The position numbers and the translations under genes were made by a program. This document shows, piece by piece, positions 60,612 to 64,000 of a stretch of 64,000 nucleotides of DNA. The notes beneath the pieces are model-generated. The model saw only the letters and a list, made by a program, of their open reading frames with translations. It did not search any database and was not told the origin of the DNA. This DNA comes from Octopus vulgaris. Taxonomy: Eukaryota. Every line of letters starts with the position of its first letter. The first letter of the stretch is position 1. Location: assembly GCA_951406725.2 (NCBI GenBank), contig OX597837.1:10602001-10666000 (forward strand). Reading direction: 5' to 3'.

Positions 60612-61019
60612 TTACTCTTTTACTCTTTTACTTGTTTCAGTCATTTGACTGCGGCCATGCTGGAGCACCGCCTTTAGTCGAGCAACTAGACCCAAGGACT
60701 AATTCTTTGTAAGCCCAGTACTTATTCTATCGGTCTCTTTTGCCGAACCGCTAGATGACGGGGACATAAGCACGCCAGCATCGGTTGTCAAGCAATGCTA
60801 GGAGGACAAACACAGACACACAAACACACACACACACACACATATATATGTATACATATATACGACGGGCTTCTTTCAGTTTCCGTCTATCAAATCCACT
60901 CACAAGGCATTGGTCGGCCCGGGGCTATAGTAGAAGACACTTGCCCAAGGTGCCACGCAGTGGGACTGAACCCTGAACCATGTGGTTGTTTAGCAAGCTA
61001 CTTACCACACAGCCACTCC
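60612..61019 (-). mobile_element. SINE family A, full length
   Basis: Match to the A consensus. Confidence 0.93.
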
Positions 61020-61305
61020 ATAATATTTCTATATTGTTTATTTATATTTGTGGCATAATGTATCTGGAGCTACATTATGCAATGTGTCTACTTAGTCGTA
61101 AAAGAAATAGCAGTGTAATCGTGTAGTGAAGTAAGAAGGACGGATTTGGTATCTATTTCTAGCACGTTGACCGACCACCTAGAGGTACCCAATCCCTGTT
61201 GGCTCCATATTTTTTAAGTAGCTGTCATACTTGTGTGTGTATGTGTGTGTTCGTCAGACAGTTGCCTACCTAATGTACACACACACATATATATATGTGT
61301 GTGTG

Positions 61306-61358
<53 letters not shown>

Positions 61359-61684
61359 TGGAAGGTTTGGAGATGATGTACAGGTATTATATATTAGAAG
61401 AAATGAGGTAATCAGAAGATCGGATACATATATATGTATATATATATATATACATATATATACATATATATACATATAAAGTTTGATTTGAAAACCCCAC
61501 TAGAATGGGAGAAAGCGCTAATGATCTTAGTGATATGATATGATTGATTTGATTGATTCTAGTTTCAGCTTATGAGCTGTGGCCATGCTGGGGCACCGCC
61601 ATTATATATATATAAAAAATGTAATATATAAATAAATATATGTAAATATAAACCATCCGATCTTCTGATTACCTCATTTCTTCT

Positions 61685-61745
<61 letters not shown>

Positions 61746-61771
61746 GTATATATATATACATATTTTTTTTT

Positions 61772-61988
61772 GTACTTGTTTCAGTCATTTGACAGCGGCC
61801 ATGCTGGAGCACCGCCTTTAGAGTGGTGAAAGAGTACAGCAGGGATAACCACCATCCCCTGCCGGAGCCTCGTGGAGCTTTTAGGTGTTTTCGCTCAATA
61901 AACACACACAACGCCCGGTCTGGGAATCGAAACCGCGATCCTCCGACCGCAAGTCCGCTGCCCTAACCACTGGGCCATTGCGCCTCCA
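61772..61988 (-). mobile_element. Chimeric SINE: family D head plus family A tail
   Basis: 61822-61988 matches about 41675-41836; 61772-61820 is the A tail. Confidence 0.85.
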
Positions 61989-62009
61989 TATATATATATA
62001 TATATATAT

Positions 62010-62065
<56 letters not shown>

Positions 62066-62069
62066 TTGC

Positions 62070-62148
<79 letters not shown>

Positions 62149-62385
62149 CCGTTCGTGGCCGTTTGCCAGCTCTGTTTGGCACCAGTGCGGGTGGCACGTA
62201 AAAAGCACCCACTACACTCACGGAGTGGTTGGCGTTAGGAAGGGCATCCAGCCGTAGAAACACTGCCAGATTTGACTGGGCCTGATGAAGCCTTCTGGCT
62301 TCACAGACCCCAGTAGAACCGTCCAACCCATGCCAGCATGGAAAACGGACGCTAAACAATGATGATGATGATGATGATGATGATG
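62149..62385 (+). mobile_element. RTE-related retroposon 3' fragment ending in (GAT)n
   Basis: ggcgttaggaagggcatccagccgta motif and catggaaaacggacgctaaa+(tga)n end; family call is from memory. Confidence 0.6.
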
Positions 62386-62485
62386 ATATATATATATGTA
62401 TATATATGCATATATATATATATATATGTATATGTATATATATATACATATATATATATATATGCATATATATATATATATATGT

Positions 62486-62519
<34 letters not shown>

Positions 62520-63214
62520 GTGTGTGTGTATATATGTATATATATCTATATATACATATATATGTTATTATATATGATGATGATGATGATGCATATATAT
62601 ATGTATACATATATATGTTATTATATATGTATATATATATATACATATATATATGTGTGTATGTATACGTGTAGGTATGTGTGTGAGAGGGCATATATAT
62701 ATATGTATACATGCATGCATACATACATATATACATTATACATAGATAGATATATGAATGCGTGTGTAAGTGTTGTGTATGTATGTGTGTGTGTGTGTAT
62801 GTTTATCAAAAGGTGTATGAGTGAATGTGTGTGTGTGTGCGAGGGGTGTGCGCGCTCCAGTGCTTTTGATAGAAAGTGAAGGAAGGGGGTTGTCACGTGA
62901 GAGGAGGAATGAAGAATTTTTTAAAAAATACAGACCAAAACTGACAAATTACGGTTCCGTTCTATCTCTTGTCACTTACTCTGCTCCCCACCCCCCGCTT
63001 CCCCCCTCTCTCTCTTTTTCCCCTCTGACACCCCCCCTCCTATTACACTGTCCTCTTACTCTCTTTCTTCGTCTCCCTCTCCCTTTGCCTCCTGTCTCTC
63101 CCTTCTCCGATTTTTTTTCCCAGAACTTTCCAATTTTCCTTTGTCAAACATATATATATACATACATACATATATAGCTACACATACCCACATACATACA
63201 TACACGTAAATTAT

Positions 63215-63258
<44 letters not shown>

Positions 63259-63348
63259 GCATATATATATATGTATATACGCATATATTTATGTCTGTAT
63301 ATATATATGTGTGTGTGTATATATATATATATGCTTATACATATATAC

Positions 63349-63379
<31 letters not shown>

Positions 63380-63447
63380 GAGAGAGAGAGGGAGAGAGAG
63401 AGAAAGAAACAGGCAAAAAGAGATAGAATTATGTATAAATTATACGA

Positions 63448-63501
<54 letters not shown>

Positions 63502-63536
63502 GCATATTATAATTTACAGATAGGTGTGTAAGTATA

Positions 63537-63572
<36 letters not shown>

Positions 63573-63606
63573 GCAAATGTGTAAACATGCACGTTTTCTA
63601 CATATT

Positions 63607-63671
<65 letters not shown>

Positions 63672-63944
63672 GTACATACATACATACCATGCCATGCGTA
63701 CATACATACGTATGACTGTGTCTGTGTGTGTGAGTGTGATAATTTATGCATTAAGATATTCATCTATATACTTTATATATATTATAATTTATATAATGTA
63801 ATAAATTTATATAATCTAATTAAAATTCTTGTTAATCAAATATATAAGATGTATATGTGCACACAGGACACACATATACAGGTATATTTCACATGTATAT
63901 ACATATATAAGACAGAGTTATTATGTAATATATACATTTATACG

Positions 63945-63976
<32 letters not shown>

Positions 63977-64000
63977 TATAGACATATATATATATATATA

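Noticed and set aside
62281-62310. CTGATGA followed by an agcc/ggct hairpin
   Set aside because: No GAAA box or stem I follows; it is part of an RTE-like fragment.

Overview
AT-rich, microsatellite-saturated, non-coding (intergenic or intronic) animal DNA. The repeat families look like those of an octopus/cephalopod genome; this is an inference from recalled SINE families and was not checked by a search. No host protein-coding exon can be supported, and almost all listed ORFs are translations of simple repeats. The real coding remnants are all dead transposons: a Tc1/mariner transposase, an R4/Dong-like C-terminus in (TAA)n, a CR1/L2-group RT, an L1/Tx1-like C-terminus and a Penelope-like GIY-YIG remnant. 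At least four tRNA-derived SINE families are present, with exchanged heads and tails, two of which match LINE 3' ends in the same window. The main unexplained structure is about 18 type-I hammerhead-ribozyme motifs from about 8 unrelated sequence families. They lie in short Penelope-like (pLTR/retrozyme-like) units that end in (TA)n tracts and often carry an inverted partial copy. They include near-perfect cores (31235-31338, 10066-10235), a G3:C8-swapped core (52645-52695) and a stack of four within 800 bp (12091-12886). Two unique-sequence islands 40 kb apart each carry a perfect GGTTCA-n5-AGTTCA DR5 element. All folds and alignments were done by eye.
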